Below, one piece after another: positions 45,053-53,899 of a stretch of DNA of 64,000 bases. The notes under the pieces are model-generated. The model did not search any database. It saw only the letters and a program-made list of their open reading frames with translations, and had not been told where the DNA came from. The DNA lies in the NCBI GenBank assembly GCA_020725585.1, contig DYES01000072.1:921-64920 (forward strand), in the 5' to 3' direction. The first letter of the stretch is position 1; every line of letters starts with the position of its first letter. The stretch comes from Desulfovirgula sp. GTDB taxonomy: Bacteria > Bacillota > Desulfotomaculia > Desulfotomaculales > Nap2-2B. The position numbers and the translations under genes are program-made.

Positions 45053-45308
45053 CAACAAGCTGTGGGAGAGCCGCCGGCTGATCCTGCCGGAGATGAGGGA
45101 AAAAGCGGTTAAGTGCTGCCGCGACTACCGGTTTTTCGTAAAGATCAGGGGTAGGGAAGAGGAGCGGTGGGGGTGCGTGGTGGGAATTCCGGCGTACGGC
45201 ACGCTAAAGAAAAGGGTGCCGAAGGTGATACAGGCAGCAGATATTTTAAAAACGGCAGGGAAGGGCGGTTTGAAAAAAATCTTGGCCTGCAGCGACCCGG
45301 ACGCGTAG
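45045..45308 (+). CDS. Possible YolD-like (UmuD-analogue) protein fragment downstream of the dinB relic
   Basis: 'RDNKLWESRRLILPEMREK' resembles the YolD-family 'RGxxKW...MLPEH' motif. The ATG overlaps the dinB-relic stop (ATGCGTGA). The remainder of the ORF is not recognisable. Confidence 0.3.
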   Translation: MRDNKLWESRRLILPEMREKAVKCCRDYRFFVKIRGREEERWGCVVGIPAYGTLKKRVPKVIQAADILKTAGKGGLKKILACSDPDA

Positions 45309-45504
45309 GCGTGCGGGCTGTATCTGAAAAGTTTCCCGCCGCCCCGGGCAAAATAAGCTGCTGGAATCACGGCAGGAAAAAATGGCGGGCAAGGAGAATA
45401 ACAAATGTGTAAAGCTCGCATGGCGGGGAAAGTTTTTTGCGCCGTTCCTCCGCATAGGCTCATTTCCATTGCATAATACTAAAGTGGGAAGGAGCGAAAA
45501 GCCA

Positions 45505-46854
45505 GTGATTCAGGAAAGCGATTTTTTGAGCCTGGGCAGTTTTGTCTGCGAACGGGCCAGGCGCTGCGGAGCGGCAGAGGTCGAAGCCTACCTTTCCGAG
45601 AACAAAGAGATCGCGATCGAAGTGCGCAACCAAGAGGTGGAAACAATGAAGCTGGCCCGGGAACAGGGTCTGGGCCTGCGCGTGATTGTAGCGCACAAAG
45701 TGGGCTTTGCCTTTACTTCTGATTTGAGTAAAGAAGCCCTGGAGGAAATTGTTCGGCAGGCGCTGGCCAACGCCCGGGAGGTTGCCGAAGACCCGTTCCG
45801 CCGGCTGCCCCCTCCCTCTCCCCAATATCCGAACCTCGCTCTTGATGATCCCGCCATCCCGGATACCCCCCTGGAGGAGAAGATAAAACTGGCCAAAACG
45901 CTGGAGGAATCGGGAAAGACTTTCGACCCCCGGGTAAAAATCTGCGAGCGTTCGGCTTACGAGGACGTTCAAACCAGGATCGCCCTGGTGAATACTTTAG
46001 GCCTGGCTAGCATCTACCAGGCGACTTACTGCGGCCTTTACCTCTCCCTGGTGGCGGAAGAAAACGGCGACCAGCAGACAGGCTTTGCCGTTCAACACAG
46101 CTTGCGCTTTCACGATTTAAACCCCTGGGAGCTGGGGCGCGAAGCTGCCGGGCGGGCGGTCCGAATGCTGGGCGCAAAACCGGTAACCACCCGGAAAATT
46201 CCGGTAATCCTGGACCCTTACGTGGCGGTGGGTTTCTTAAATCTGTTGGCGCCGGGCCTCACCGCGGAAGCCGTTCAAAAGGGCCGCTCTCTGTTTAGGG
46301 GAAAAGTGGGGCGGCAAGTCGCCGCGCAGAAAATAACCCTGGTTGACGACGGTATTTTGCCGAACGGAATTGCCTCCGCTCCATTTGACGGCGAAGGAAG
46401 CCCGATGTCCCGCACCGTGTTAATCCAGGAGGGGGTTCTGCAGGGGTTTTTGCATAACACGTATACGGCTGCGAAGGATAACACTCTTTCAACCGGGAAC
46501 GGCGTCCGCACCTCCTATAAAAGCACTCCGGAAGTGGGCACCACGAACTTTTTTATCGAGCCGGGCAACGTTTCTCCGGGTGAGTTAATCAGCGAGTTGC
46601 AGGAAGGTTTTTACGTTACGGATGTCATCGGCATGCATACCGCCAACCCCATCTCGGGAGATTTTTCCGTTGGCGCGACAGGAATTTTAATTGAAAACGG
46701 CGAATTAACCCGTCCGGTGAGGGGGGTGGCGATAGCCGGGAACATTCAGGAGATGCTTCACCAGGCGGACGGTGTGGGGAACGACCTGAGATTTTTCGGC
46801 AGCTACGGTTCGCCCACCATCCGGATCGCCCGGCTGTCTGTCAGCGGACACTAA
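45505..46854 (+). CDS. pmbA: PmbA/TldE metalloprotease partner of TldD
   Basis: U62 family throughout ('AEVEAYLSENKEIAIEVRNQEVE', 'FDGEGSPMSRTVLIQEGVLQGFLHN', 'GDFSVGATGILIENGE'). GTG 45505 follows GGGAAGGAG and gives 449 aa. Confidence 0.88.
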   Translation: MIQESDFLSLGSFVCERARRCGAAEVEAYLSENKEIAIEVRNQEVETMKLAREQGLGLRVIVAHKVGFAFTSDLSKEALEEIVRQALANAREVAEDPFRRLPPPSPQYPNLALDDPAIPDTPLEEKIKLAKTLEESGKTFDPRVKICERSAYEDVQTRIALVNTLGLASIYQATYCGLYLSLVAEENGDQQTGFAVQHSLRFHDLNPWELGREAAGRAVRMLGAKPVTTRKIPVILDPYVAVGFLNLLAPGLTAEAVQKGRSLFRGKVGRQVAAQKITLVDDGILPNGIASAPFDGEGSPMSRTVLIQEGVLQGFLHNTYTAAKDNTLSTGNGVRTSYKSTPEVGTTNFFIEPGNVSPGELISELQEGFYVTDVIGMHTANPISGDFSVGATGILIENGELTRPVRGVAIAGNIQEMLHQADGVGNDLRFFGSYGSPTIRIARLSVSGH

Positions 46855-46950
46855 AGATTAGTCGGCAATCTGGGAGGTGGTATATTTTTTGATTCTTAAC
46901 TTGCAGGCGCGAGGAGCGCCGCGGTGATTTGGCGAGAGGTGAGGAATCCT

Positions 46951-47412
46951 TTGCGTGTCCTTGTTTTGCATGGTCCAAACTTAAATCTCCTGGGCCGGCG
47001 CGAGCCGGATGTTTACGGTTCGCTTACTTTGGAGGAAATTAACACTTCTCTCCAAAATCTGGCTGCAGAGCTGAATATCCAGGTAGAGTTTTATCAATCA
47101 AATCATGAAGGAGAACTGATAGATCGACTGCATCAGGCGCAGGATAACGTGGCCGCCGTAATTTTTAACCCCGGCGCTTTTACGCATTACAGCCTGGCCC
47201 TGCGCGACGCGGTGGCGGCCGTATCGGTGCCGGTCATCGAAGTGCATCTTTCCAATGTTTATGCGCGGGAAGGGTTCCGGCGCCATTCGGTCATTGCTCC
47301 GGTGGCGGCCGGACAGATCAGCGGGCTGGGCCTGGACAGCTACCTGCTTGCACTCCGGGCGGCGGTAAACCTGGCGGAAAAGAGGAGAAGGCAGCTTGGC
47401 GGGAAGGATTGA
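46951..47412 (+). CDS. aroQ: Type II 3-dehydroquinate dehydratase
   Basis: 'LRVLVLHGPNLNLLGRREPDVYG', 'NPGAFTHYS', 'EVHLSNV'. TTG 46951 follows GAGAGGTGAGGA (ORF-track GTG 46924). Confidence 0.9.
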   Translation: MRVLVLHGPNLNLLGRREPDVYGSLTLEEINTSLQNLAAELNIQVEFYQSNHEGELIDRLHQAQDNVAAVIFNPGAFTHYSLALRDAVAAVSVPVIEVHLSNVYAREGFRRHSVIAPVAAGQISGLGLDSYLLALRAAVNLAEKRRRQLGGKD

Positions 47413-48472
47413 ACGCCTCCGGGAGCAATTAAAGGAGCGGGGCGTGGAGGCAATTTTCGTTACGCAGCCGGAAAACCGCCGGTATTTAAGCGGGTTTACA
47501 GGCACCGCCGGAGCTCTTTTGATTACCAGGCAGGAATGTTATTTGCTTACTGATTTCCGTTATCTCGAGCAGGCGGCCGGCGAATGCCCGGGATGGAATA
47601 TTTACGAAGTTAAGGAGTCTACCTTTGCCTCCCTGGCGGAACTCCTCGGACAACTGAAGGTGAACAGCCTGGCCTGCGAAGGCGGCTTTCTGACTTATAA
47701 ACAATTTATCGACCTCCAGGAAAAGTTGCCGGAAGCTGTAAAGATTATCCCGGGATATGATTGGATAGAGGAACTGAGAAAAATAAAGGAGCCGGCGGAA
47801 ATAGAAAATTTGCGTAGAGCGGCCGAACTGGCCGATCATGCCTTCTGGCATATTCTGGATTTTATCCGTCCGGGCGTGCGGGAGGAAGACGTGGCTTTAG
47901 AGCTGGAATTTTTCTTGCGCAAAAGAGGCGCCCGAAAAATTTCCTTTGAGATCATCGTGGCTTCTGGTCCCCGGGGCGCAATGCCGCACGGGACGGCTTC
48001 GGATAAGATGTTGCAGGCGGGGGAGCTTGTGACCATCGATTATGGCTGCGAGTACCAGGGATATTATTCTGATTTAACCCGTACTGTTTCCCTGGGACCG
48101 CCTAGCCGCGAGCAGGAAAAAATTTACGCGATTGTGCTGGAAGCGCAAGTCGCGGGCCTTGCCGCGCTCAAAGCGGGCGTTGGGGCCTGCGCCGTCGACC
48201 AGGCGGTGAGGGAAGTAATCGAAAAATACGGTTACGGGGAAAATTTCCGGCACAGTACGGGCCATGGCGTAGGGCTGGTGGTTCACGAAGCCCCCCGGCT
48301 TTCCAAAAAGGAAGAAACCGTTTTGCAGGCCGGGATGGTGGTCACCGTAGAGCCGGGGATTTATTTGCCGGGATGGGGCGGCGTCCGCATCGAAGACATG
48401 GCCGTGGTGGAAGAAGAGGGCTGCCGGCTGCTCACCCACGCGCCCAAAGATGAATTGATCGTTTGCGGCTAA
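47396..48472 (+). CDS. M24B Xaa-Pro aminopeptidase/dipeptidase (YqhT-like)
   Basis: Creatinase-like N-domain plus the 'pita-bread' metal ligands ('[16 protein letters not shown]', '[13 protein letters not shown]', 'VEPGIY', 'IEDMAVV'). Confidence 0.88.
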   Translation: MAGRIERLREQLKERGVEAIFVTQPENRRYLSGFTGTAGALLITRQECYLLTDFRYLEQAAGECPGWNIYEVKESTFASLAELLGQLKVNSLACEGGFLTYKQFIDLQEKLPEAVKIIPGYDWIEELRKIKEPAEIENLRRAAELADHAFWHILDFIRPGVREEDVALELEFFLRKRGARKISFEIIVASGPRGAMPHGTASDKMLQAGELVTIDYGCEYQGYYSDLTRTVSLGPPSREQEKIYAIVLEAQVAGLAALKAGVGACAVDQAVREVIEKYGYGENFRHSTGHGVGLVVHEAPRLSKKEETVLQAGMVVTVEPGIYLPGWGGVRIEDMAVVEEEGCRLLTHAPKDELIVCG

Positions 48473-48543
48473 AAAACGGCGGACTGCAATCAGCCCGCCT
48501 GGAAAAGTTCACATCAACCTTATTTTTTGGGGGGGTTTTTAAC

Positions 48544-49101
48544 TTGATTTCCACCAACGATTTTCGCACGGGGTTGACTATTGATCTGGACGGGGAAGCC
48601 TACCAGGTGATTGATTTTCAGCATGTCAAGCCGGGCAAGGGTTCGCCCTTTGTGCGCTCGAAGCTGAAAAATTTGCGTACGGGAGCGGTGATCGAGAGAA
48701 CTTTTAACGCCGGGGAAAAAATCCCGCGCGCCCACGTGGAAAGACGGGAAGTCCAATACCTGTATAACGACGGGAGTAACTACTATTTTATGGACATGGA
48801 AAATTATGAGCAGATGCCCTTAACCGAAGAGCAACTGGGCGACGCAGTAAAATTTTTAAAGGAAAACATGACCCTGCACATTGTTATGTACCAGGGTAAA
48901 TCCATCGGCGTTGACTTGCCCAATTACGTTGAACTGAAAGTAATTGACACCGCCCCGGGAATTAGGGGAGACACCGCCACGGGTGGTTCCAAGCCCGCCA
49001 CCCTGGAAACAGGTTACGTGGTTCAGGTCCCCTTATTTGTGAATGTGGGGGATGTACTGCAGATTGACACCCGCACTGGCTTATATTTAAAACGCGTCTA
49101 G
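48544..49101 (+). CDS. efp: Translation elongation factor P
   Basis: '[46 protein letters not shown]'. TTG 48544 gives the canonical 185 aa. Confidence 0.93.
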   Translation: MISTNDFRTGLTIDLDGEAYQVIDFQHVKPGKGSPFVRSKLKNLRTGAVIERTFNAGEKIPRAHVERREVQYLYNDGSNYYFMDMENYEQMPLTEEQLGDAVKFLKENMTLHIVMYQGKSIGVDLPNYVELKVIDTAPGIRGDTATGGSKPATLETGYVVQVPLFVNVGDVLQIDTRTGLYLKRV

Positions 49102-49195
49102 GAAAGTGAACATGTTTAAGACCCCCGCGCAGAAGAAATAATATTCTTATAATGATCAAGAAAAAATATAAGGCAGCGTTCAAGGGGGTTAAAAA

Positions 49196-49651
49196 ATGCC
49201 TGAACTCAAATCAAAAGTGGCTTATTTGCAGGGTTTATCGTCCGGCTTGAACCTGAACCCCGAAACCACGGAAGGAAAACTGTTTCAAAGTATTATCAGT
49301 GTTCTTCAGGAATTTGCTGATTCCTTCGACAGGCTGGAGAAATCTCAGGAGGAGCTGGAAGATTACCTGGAAACCGTCGATCAAGATCTTTCCACCCTCG
49401 AAGAGGAGATTTACCGAAGAAATAACCAATTAGCCCAAGACGCCGATTACGTGGAAGTGGAATGCCCCAACTGCGGGGAAACCGTTTGCTTCGCTTCGGA
49501 TGTCCTGGAAGATGACGAGAGAATTGAAGTCATCTGCCCAAACTGCGACGAGGTAGTTTTTATCAACGACGACAACCTGGAAACGGCGGACGAACCCGAA
49601 GCGCTGGAAGGAAAAGTTGCCGGAAGGACCGGCGAGGAAGAGGACATTTAG
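49196..49651 (+). CDS. Acidic coiled-coil protein with a CPNC...CPNC zinc ribbon (CD1247 N-terminal-domain-like)
   Basis: 'VECPNCGETVCF...VICPNCDEVVF'. Conserved position after efp in Clostridia, as far as I recall. Confidence 0.55.
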   Translation: MPELKSKVAYLQGLSSGLNLNPETTEGKLFQSIISVLQEFADSFDRLEKSQEELEDYLETVDQDLSTLEEEIYRRNNQLAQDADYVEVECPNCGETVCFASDVLEDDERIEVICPNCDEVVFINDDNLETADEPEALEGKVAGRTGEEEDI

Positions 49652-49695
49652 TTGCCTTGCTCGCAAAAGCGATGAGTAATGACATGAGTAATATA

Positions 49696-49724
49696 AGGTG
49701 GGAGAACAATGTTGCCTCCCACCT
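49696..49724. terminator. Bidirectional terminator between the convergent zinc-ribbon gene and acs
   Basis: AGGTGGGAG-11 nt-CTCCCACCT perfect 9-bp stem, A/T-rich on both flanks. Confidence 0.7.
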
Positions 49725-49761
49725 TTATTCCCATTTTTGCTCGTTTGGCGGCCTGCCCTGT

Positions 49762-51735
49762 TTAAGTTTGTTTCATCTTTTTCACTGCTTCCCTGATTTC
49801 CTCCACGGAGGCTTCCTCTTCAATTGTTGATATATCCCCGATCTCCTTTTCCGTCCAAAGCGCCCTCATTACCCGGCGCATAATTTTCCCGCTGCGCGTC
49901 TTGGGCAGCCCCTTAATAAATTCAATGTCCCTGATCACCACAATGGCCCCCATGGTTTTGCGAACGTGCTCAATCAATTCTTTCTTAAGCTCTTCCGACG
50001 GTTCGTAACCCGGCTTTAAAACGACAAAGGCGCAGGCCACCTCTCCCCTTAACTCGTCGGGGACTCCGGAAACCCCTGCCTCCACCACCGCCGGGTGGGC
50101 GATCAGAGCGCTTTCAATCTCAATGGTGCCGATGCGGTGGGCGGCAATCTTGATCACTTCGTCCGATCTCCCGGCAAACCAGATGTAGCCGTCTTCGTCC
50201 CAGTAAGCGGCGTCTCCGGAGTAGTAGGCGCCTTTGGTGGCGGGGTATCTTTCCCAGTACTCGGCCTGGTACCTTTCCGGTTCTCCCCAGAGTGTGGGCG
50301 TCAGGCCAGGGAAGGGTCTTCTGATCACCACCACCCCTTTTTCTCCCGGTCCCAGGGAACGGCCGTCCTTCTCGTCCAGGATATCGGCGACGATTCCCGG
50401 GACGGGGATGCAGGCGGAGCCCGGCTTGATGGGGAGCAGCCCCAGGCCGTAGGGGTTGGCGAAAATGGGGCCGGAGGTTTCCGTCTGCCACATGTGGTCG
50501 ATGACGGGAATTTTATTCTGGAAGACCTCTTCCTGCAGCCACTGCCAGGCCGGGGGGTTTAATACCTCGCCGGCGCAAAAGATTCTTTCTACCGTGCTCA
50601 AATCGTGCTTGCGGGCCTGCTCGATGCCCAGTTTCATCAGGCCCCTAACCCCCGTAGGGGAGAGCCACAACCCCGTGGCCCGGTTGCGCTCGACAATTTC
50701 CCACCACATGTCCGGCCGGGGGTAGTCGGGGGTGCCTTCGTAAAGGATGGAAGTGCAGCCAAAGAGCAGGGGGCCGTAGACGTTGTAGCTGTGGCCGACG
50801 ATCCAGCCGATGTCCGAGGTGCAGAACCAGACGTCTTCTTCTTTTAAGGCGTAGATCCACTTGCCCATGGAGTAGACGTAAATCTGGTAGCCCCCGTGGT
50901 TCTGGACGGTAACCTTAGGCTTGGCGGTGGTTCCGGAAGTGGGGAGCATAAAGAGAGGTTCGTTGGCCTCCACCGGCACAACCTCGGCGGTGTGCCCTTC
51001 TCCCAGGGACAGGAATTCTTCCCAGAAGATATCTCTTCCTTGTTGCATGGGGGGAGGAGTTTCTTTGTTTCTTTTCAGGACAACTACTTTTTGCACCTGG
51101 CCGGGGCAAATGGCAAGGGCCTCGTCGATGATTTTCTTTAGCTCCACGGGTTTGCCGCGGCGGGAACCTTCGTCCTGGGTGAGGATGAACCTGGCGCCGG
51201 AAATGTCCAGCCGGTCGGCCACTGCGTTGGCGGAAAAGCCGGCGAAAATGACGACGTGCACGGCGGCAATCCGCGCTAAGGCCAGCATGGCCACCACCGC
51301 TTCGATTCCCATGGGCATGTAGATGGCCACGCGGTCCCCCTTTTGGACGCCCAGGCCCTTTAAGGCGGCGGCGTATTGCTTAACCAGGGTGAGCAGTTGC
51401 CCGTAGGTGACTGTTTTGCTTTCTCCGGTTTCCCCGGATTCGGCAATGAGGGCCGCCCTGCCCGCTCTCCCCCTTTTTACGTTGTAGTCCACGCAGTTGT
51501 AGCTGATGTTGGTCAACCCCCCCACGTACCATTTAAAGGTGGGGTATTCCCAGCTAAAGACTTTTTCCCATTTCTTAAACCAGTAGATGTCGTGGATCGC
51601 TTTGTTGGCGGCGTCTTCCCAGAAGCCTTCGGGATCTTCCTTGGCCCAGTCAAGGAAGCGTTTAACCGGCGGCGGGACCAGGCCGGTACCCATTTTGTGA
51701 GTAGTCATTTCCAGGCTTGCCTCCTTTTGTTTCAT
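49762..51735 (-). CDS. acs: AMP-forming acetyl-CoA synthetase family ligase
   Basis: Collinear with Acs: 'YMPMGIEAVVAMLALARIAAVHVVIFAGFSA', 'LPTSGTTAKPK', 'WQTETSGP', 'SGDAAYWDEDGYIWFAGRSDEVIKIAAHRIGTIEIE', 'LPKTRSGKIMRR'. Substrate not certain. Confidence 0.88.
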   Translation of the reverse strand: MKQKEASLEMTTHKMGTGLVPPPVKRFLDWAKEDPEGFWEDAANKAIHDIYWFKKWEKVFSWEYPTFKWYVGGLTNISYNCVDYNVKRGRAGRAALIAESGETGESKTVTYGQLLTLVKQYAAALKGLGVQKGDRVAIYMPMGIEAVVAMLALARIAAVHVVIFAGFSANAVADRLDISGARFILTQDEGSRRGKPVELKKIIDEALAICPGQVQKVVVLKRNKETPPPMQQGRDIFWEEFLSLGEGHTAEVVPVEANEPLFMLPTSGTTAKPKVTVQNHGGYQIYVYSMGKWIYALKEEDVWFCTSDIGWIVGHSYNVYGPLLFGCTSILYEGTPDYPRPDMWWEIVERNRATGLWLSPTGVRGLMKLGIEQARKHDLSTVERIFCAGEVLNPPAWQWLQEEVFQNKIPVIDHMWQTETSGPIFANPYGLGLLPIKPGSACIPVPGIVADILDEKDGRSLGPGEKGVVVIRRPFPGLTPTLWGEPERYQAEYWERYPATKGAYYSGDAAYWDEDGYIWFAGRSDEVIKIAAHRIGTIEIESALIAHPAVVEAGVSGVPDELRGEVACAFVVLKPGYEPSEELKKELIEHVRKTMGAIVVIRDIEFIKGLPKTRSGKIMRRVMRALWTEKEIGDISTIEEEASVEEIREAVKKMKQT

Positions 51736-51914
51736 AATATAAAACTCTGTCTTTCATTTTAAATGAGAATTGGGCAATGATTAAGAATATTTAGCCTAAA
51801 TGTTATTTTTTACGGTTAAAAGGACGTTTTTGGGAGGTTAACGGTTTCCCCTTGGCTTTGCCAGTAAAAATGCTTCCCTGAACGAAAGGGGACGGGGAGA
51901 TTTCGGTTTTACCC

Positions 51915-51944
51915 TTGACTTATACTGCTGAAAAGGGTTAGAAT
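51915..51944 (+). promoter_or_regulatory. Sigma-A promoter (TTGACT-18 nt-TAGAAT) for the CoADR-rhodanese gene
   Basis: Read directly; 43 nt upstream of the ATG with GGGGGGA as SD. Confidence 0.55.
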
Positions 51945-51987
51945 ATCTGCGGTGTGCAAGCCTAAGCAATCAGGGGGGAAATAAAAA

Positions 51988-53670
51988 ATGGGTGAAAAAA
52001 TAGTTATCATCGGAGGAGTGGCGGCCGGCCCGAAAGTTGCCGCCCGCGCGCGCAGGCTTTCGCCCCAGGCTGAAATTGCAATCGTCGAACGCGGCCGGCT
52101 GATCTCCTACGCGGGCTGCGGCATGCCCTTTTATCTTGCAGGCCAGGTAAAAGACTTTCAAGAATTGTTTACCACTCCTTACGGAGTGAAAAGAGACGAG
52201 GAATTTTTCCTCAGCGAGCGAAACGTACGCGTGTTCACGCTTACGGAAGCCGTGGCCATAAATCGCCGGAAAAAAGAAGTGGCGGCGGTAGATCTGGCCA
52301 CCCGCCGGGAATCCGTGATCCCCTACGATAAGCTTGTCCTGGCCACCGGATCGGTTCCCGTGGTTCCGCCCTTTGAAGGGATCGGCTTACAAGGAGTGCA
52401 CCGTTTAAACCACCCCGATGACGTACAAAAGATTATGGACCAAATCGAAAACGTCGACGACGCGGTCATCATCGGCGCCGGCATGATCGGCATGGAAGCG
52501 GCGGACGCACTGGTCAGGCGAAAAATGTTCGTCACCGTGGTTGAATTGCAAGAGCAAATTTTACCCGGGATGCTGGACGCGGACCTGGCTGCCGTGTTAA
52601 AAGCCAGGCTTGAGGAGCGGGGCGTGGAGTTTCACCTGGGCGAAAAGGTGCTGCGCCTGGAAGGGGACGAAGCCGGCCGCGTGACGCGGGTGGTGACGGA
52701 AAAACGCGCCCTGGACGCCGCCCTGGTGATCATCGCGGTCGGGGTGCGCCCCAACGTGGAGCTGGCGAAGGCGGCGGGGCTGACCATTGGAGAAACCGGC
52801 GCCATTTCCGTAAACGAATATTTGCAAACCGACGACCCGGACATTTACGCGCTGGGGGATTGCGTGGAAAACCTCCACCTGGTTTCCAGGCGGAAGGTTT
52901 ACCTTCCGCTGGCCTCTATTGCCGCCCGGCAGGGCAGGGTGGTCGGCGACAACGTGGTGGGTGGAAAAAGTAAATTTCCCGGAGTGCTGGGCACTACCGT
53001 GTTAAAACTGATGAACATCAATGTGGGCAGAACGGGCTTGGGCGAGGAGCAGGCCCGAGAAGCCGGCTTTTCTGTCTCCGTTGCTACCATCGGCACTCAT
53101 GACCGGACGCATTACTACCCGGAGCACGGCCGTTTCCTGCTGAAACTGATTACGGAGGCGAAAACGGGGCGAATTCTCGGCGCCCAGGCGGTTGGTGAAG
53201 GGGATGCGGTCAAACGGATCGACGTGCTGGCCTGCGCCATCAACTACGGAGCGGGGATTGACGACCTGGCCCACGTGGATTTGGGCTACGCTCCGCCTTT
53301 CAGCACGCCCCTGGATCCCGTCCACCATTGCGTCAATACGGCGCGCAACAAAGCGCAGGGAATCGCCAAAGGAATCACCGCTCAAGAATTATACAGCAAG
53401 CTAAACAGTCAAGATGATTTCGTTTTATTGGACGTACGGACCCCTTCACAATACAGGGCGGGGCACATTGAAGATAAGCGCGCGCTGTTAATCCCCATCG
53501 GCGAGTTGCGCCGGCGGGTCGGCGAGATCCCCCAGGGGAAAGAGGTAATTGTTGTGTGCGCTGTCGGCAGCCGCAGCTACGAAGCACAGCGCATCCTGGA
53601 AGGAGCCGGCTTTGCAAACGTCCGCTTTTTAGAAGGCGGCCTGCAGGCCTGGCCTTATGAGCTGGATTAA
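51988..53670 (+). CDS. CoA-disulfide/persulfide reductase-type flavoprotein with C-terminal rhodanese domain
   Basis: 'IVIIGGVAAGPK', redox Cys 'SYAGCGMPFY', second Rossmann 'AVIIGAGMIGME', rhodanese active-site loop 'VVCAVGSRS'. Confidence 0.85.
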   Translation: MGEKIVIIGGVAAGPKVAARARRLSPQAEIAIVERGRLISYAGCGMPFYLAGQVKDFQELFTTPYGVKRDEEFFLSERNVRVFTLTEAVAINRRKKEVAAVDLATRRESVIPYDKLVLATGSVPVVPPFEGIGLQGVHRLNHPDDVQKIMDQIENVDDAVIIGAGMIGMEAADALVRRKMFVTVVELQEQILPGMLDADLAAVLKARLEERGVEFHLGEKVLRLEGDEAGRVTRVVTEKRALDAALVIIAVGVRPNVELAKAAGLTIGETGAISVNEYLQTDDPDIYALGDCVENLHLVSRRKVYLPLASIAARQGRVVGDNVVGGKSKFPGVLGTTVLKLMNINVGRTGLGEEQAREAGFSVSVATIGTHDRTHYYPEHGRFLLKLITEAKTGRILGAQAVGEGDAVKRIDVLACAINYGAGIDDLAHVDLGYAPPFSTPLDPVHHCVNTARNKAQGIAKGITAQELYSKLNSQDDFVLLDVRTPSQYRAGHIEDKRALLIPIGELRRRVGEIPQGKEVIVVCAVGSRSYEAQRILEGAGFANVRFLEGGLQAWPYELD

Positions 53671-53712
53671 AGAGGGTTCGCCTGACTAAAGCCTTATCTA
53701 AAAGAAATCGTT

Positions 53713-53750
53713 AAACGGTGCTTTTGTTTAGCAAAAGGCGCCGTTTTTTA
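53713..53750 (+). terminator. Rho-independent terminator after the CoADR-rhodanese gene
   Basis: AAACGGTGCTTTTG-tttag-CAAAAG(G)CGCCGTTT stem with a one-nt bulge, followed by TTTTA. Confidence 0.7.
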
Positions 53751-53846
53751 TTTAAGGACGCACTAAGAAACATATGGGCAAAACTATCCGGAGTCAAATA
53801 ATTTTGGACCTGTTCTTTGCCGTGCGCTTTCGACAAAAAGGTTCTG

Positions 53847-53875
53847 GAATAAAACAGCGCCGGCCGCCATACCTA
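53847..53875 (+). promoter_or_regulatory. Candidate sigma-E promoter of the spoIIIA operon (GAATAAA-14 nt-CATACCTA)
   Basis: Matches the B. subtilis sigma-E pattern (-35 xxATAxx, 14-nt spacer, -10 CATACAhT; 6/8 in the -10), 25 nt upstream of the spoIIIAA GTG. Confidence 0.4.
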
Positions 53876-53899
53876 TGGGATAAAGGGAGGGACAAACAG

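Noticed and set aside
45382-45504. 41-codon N-terminal extension of pmbA, and likewise extensions of spoIIIAA (53774), xerD (16779), efp (48463), nfnA (61126) and GT2 (11030)
   Set aside because: The extensions lack family similarity and often overlap upstream genes. Internal starts with good SDs reproduce canonical protein lengths.
51736-51900. Alternative hairpins (TCCCCTT...AAGGGGA / TTCCCT...AGGGGA) upstream of acs as a possible riboswitch or attenuator
   Set aside because: The stems are short, I recognise no conserved riboswitch core, and the orientation relative to acs gives no terminator-like U tract.
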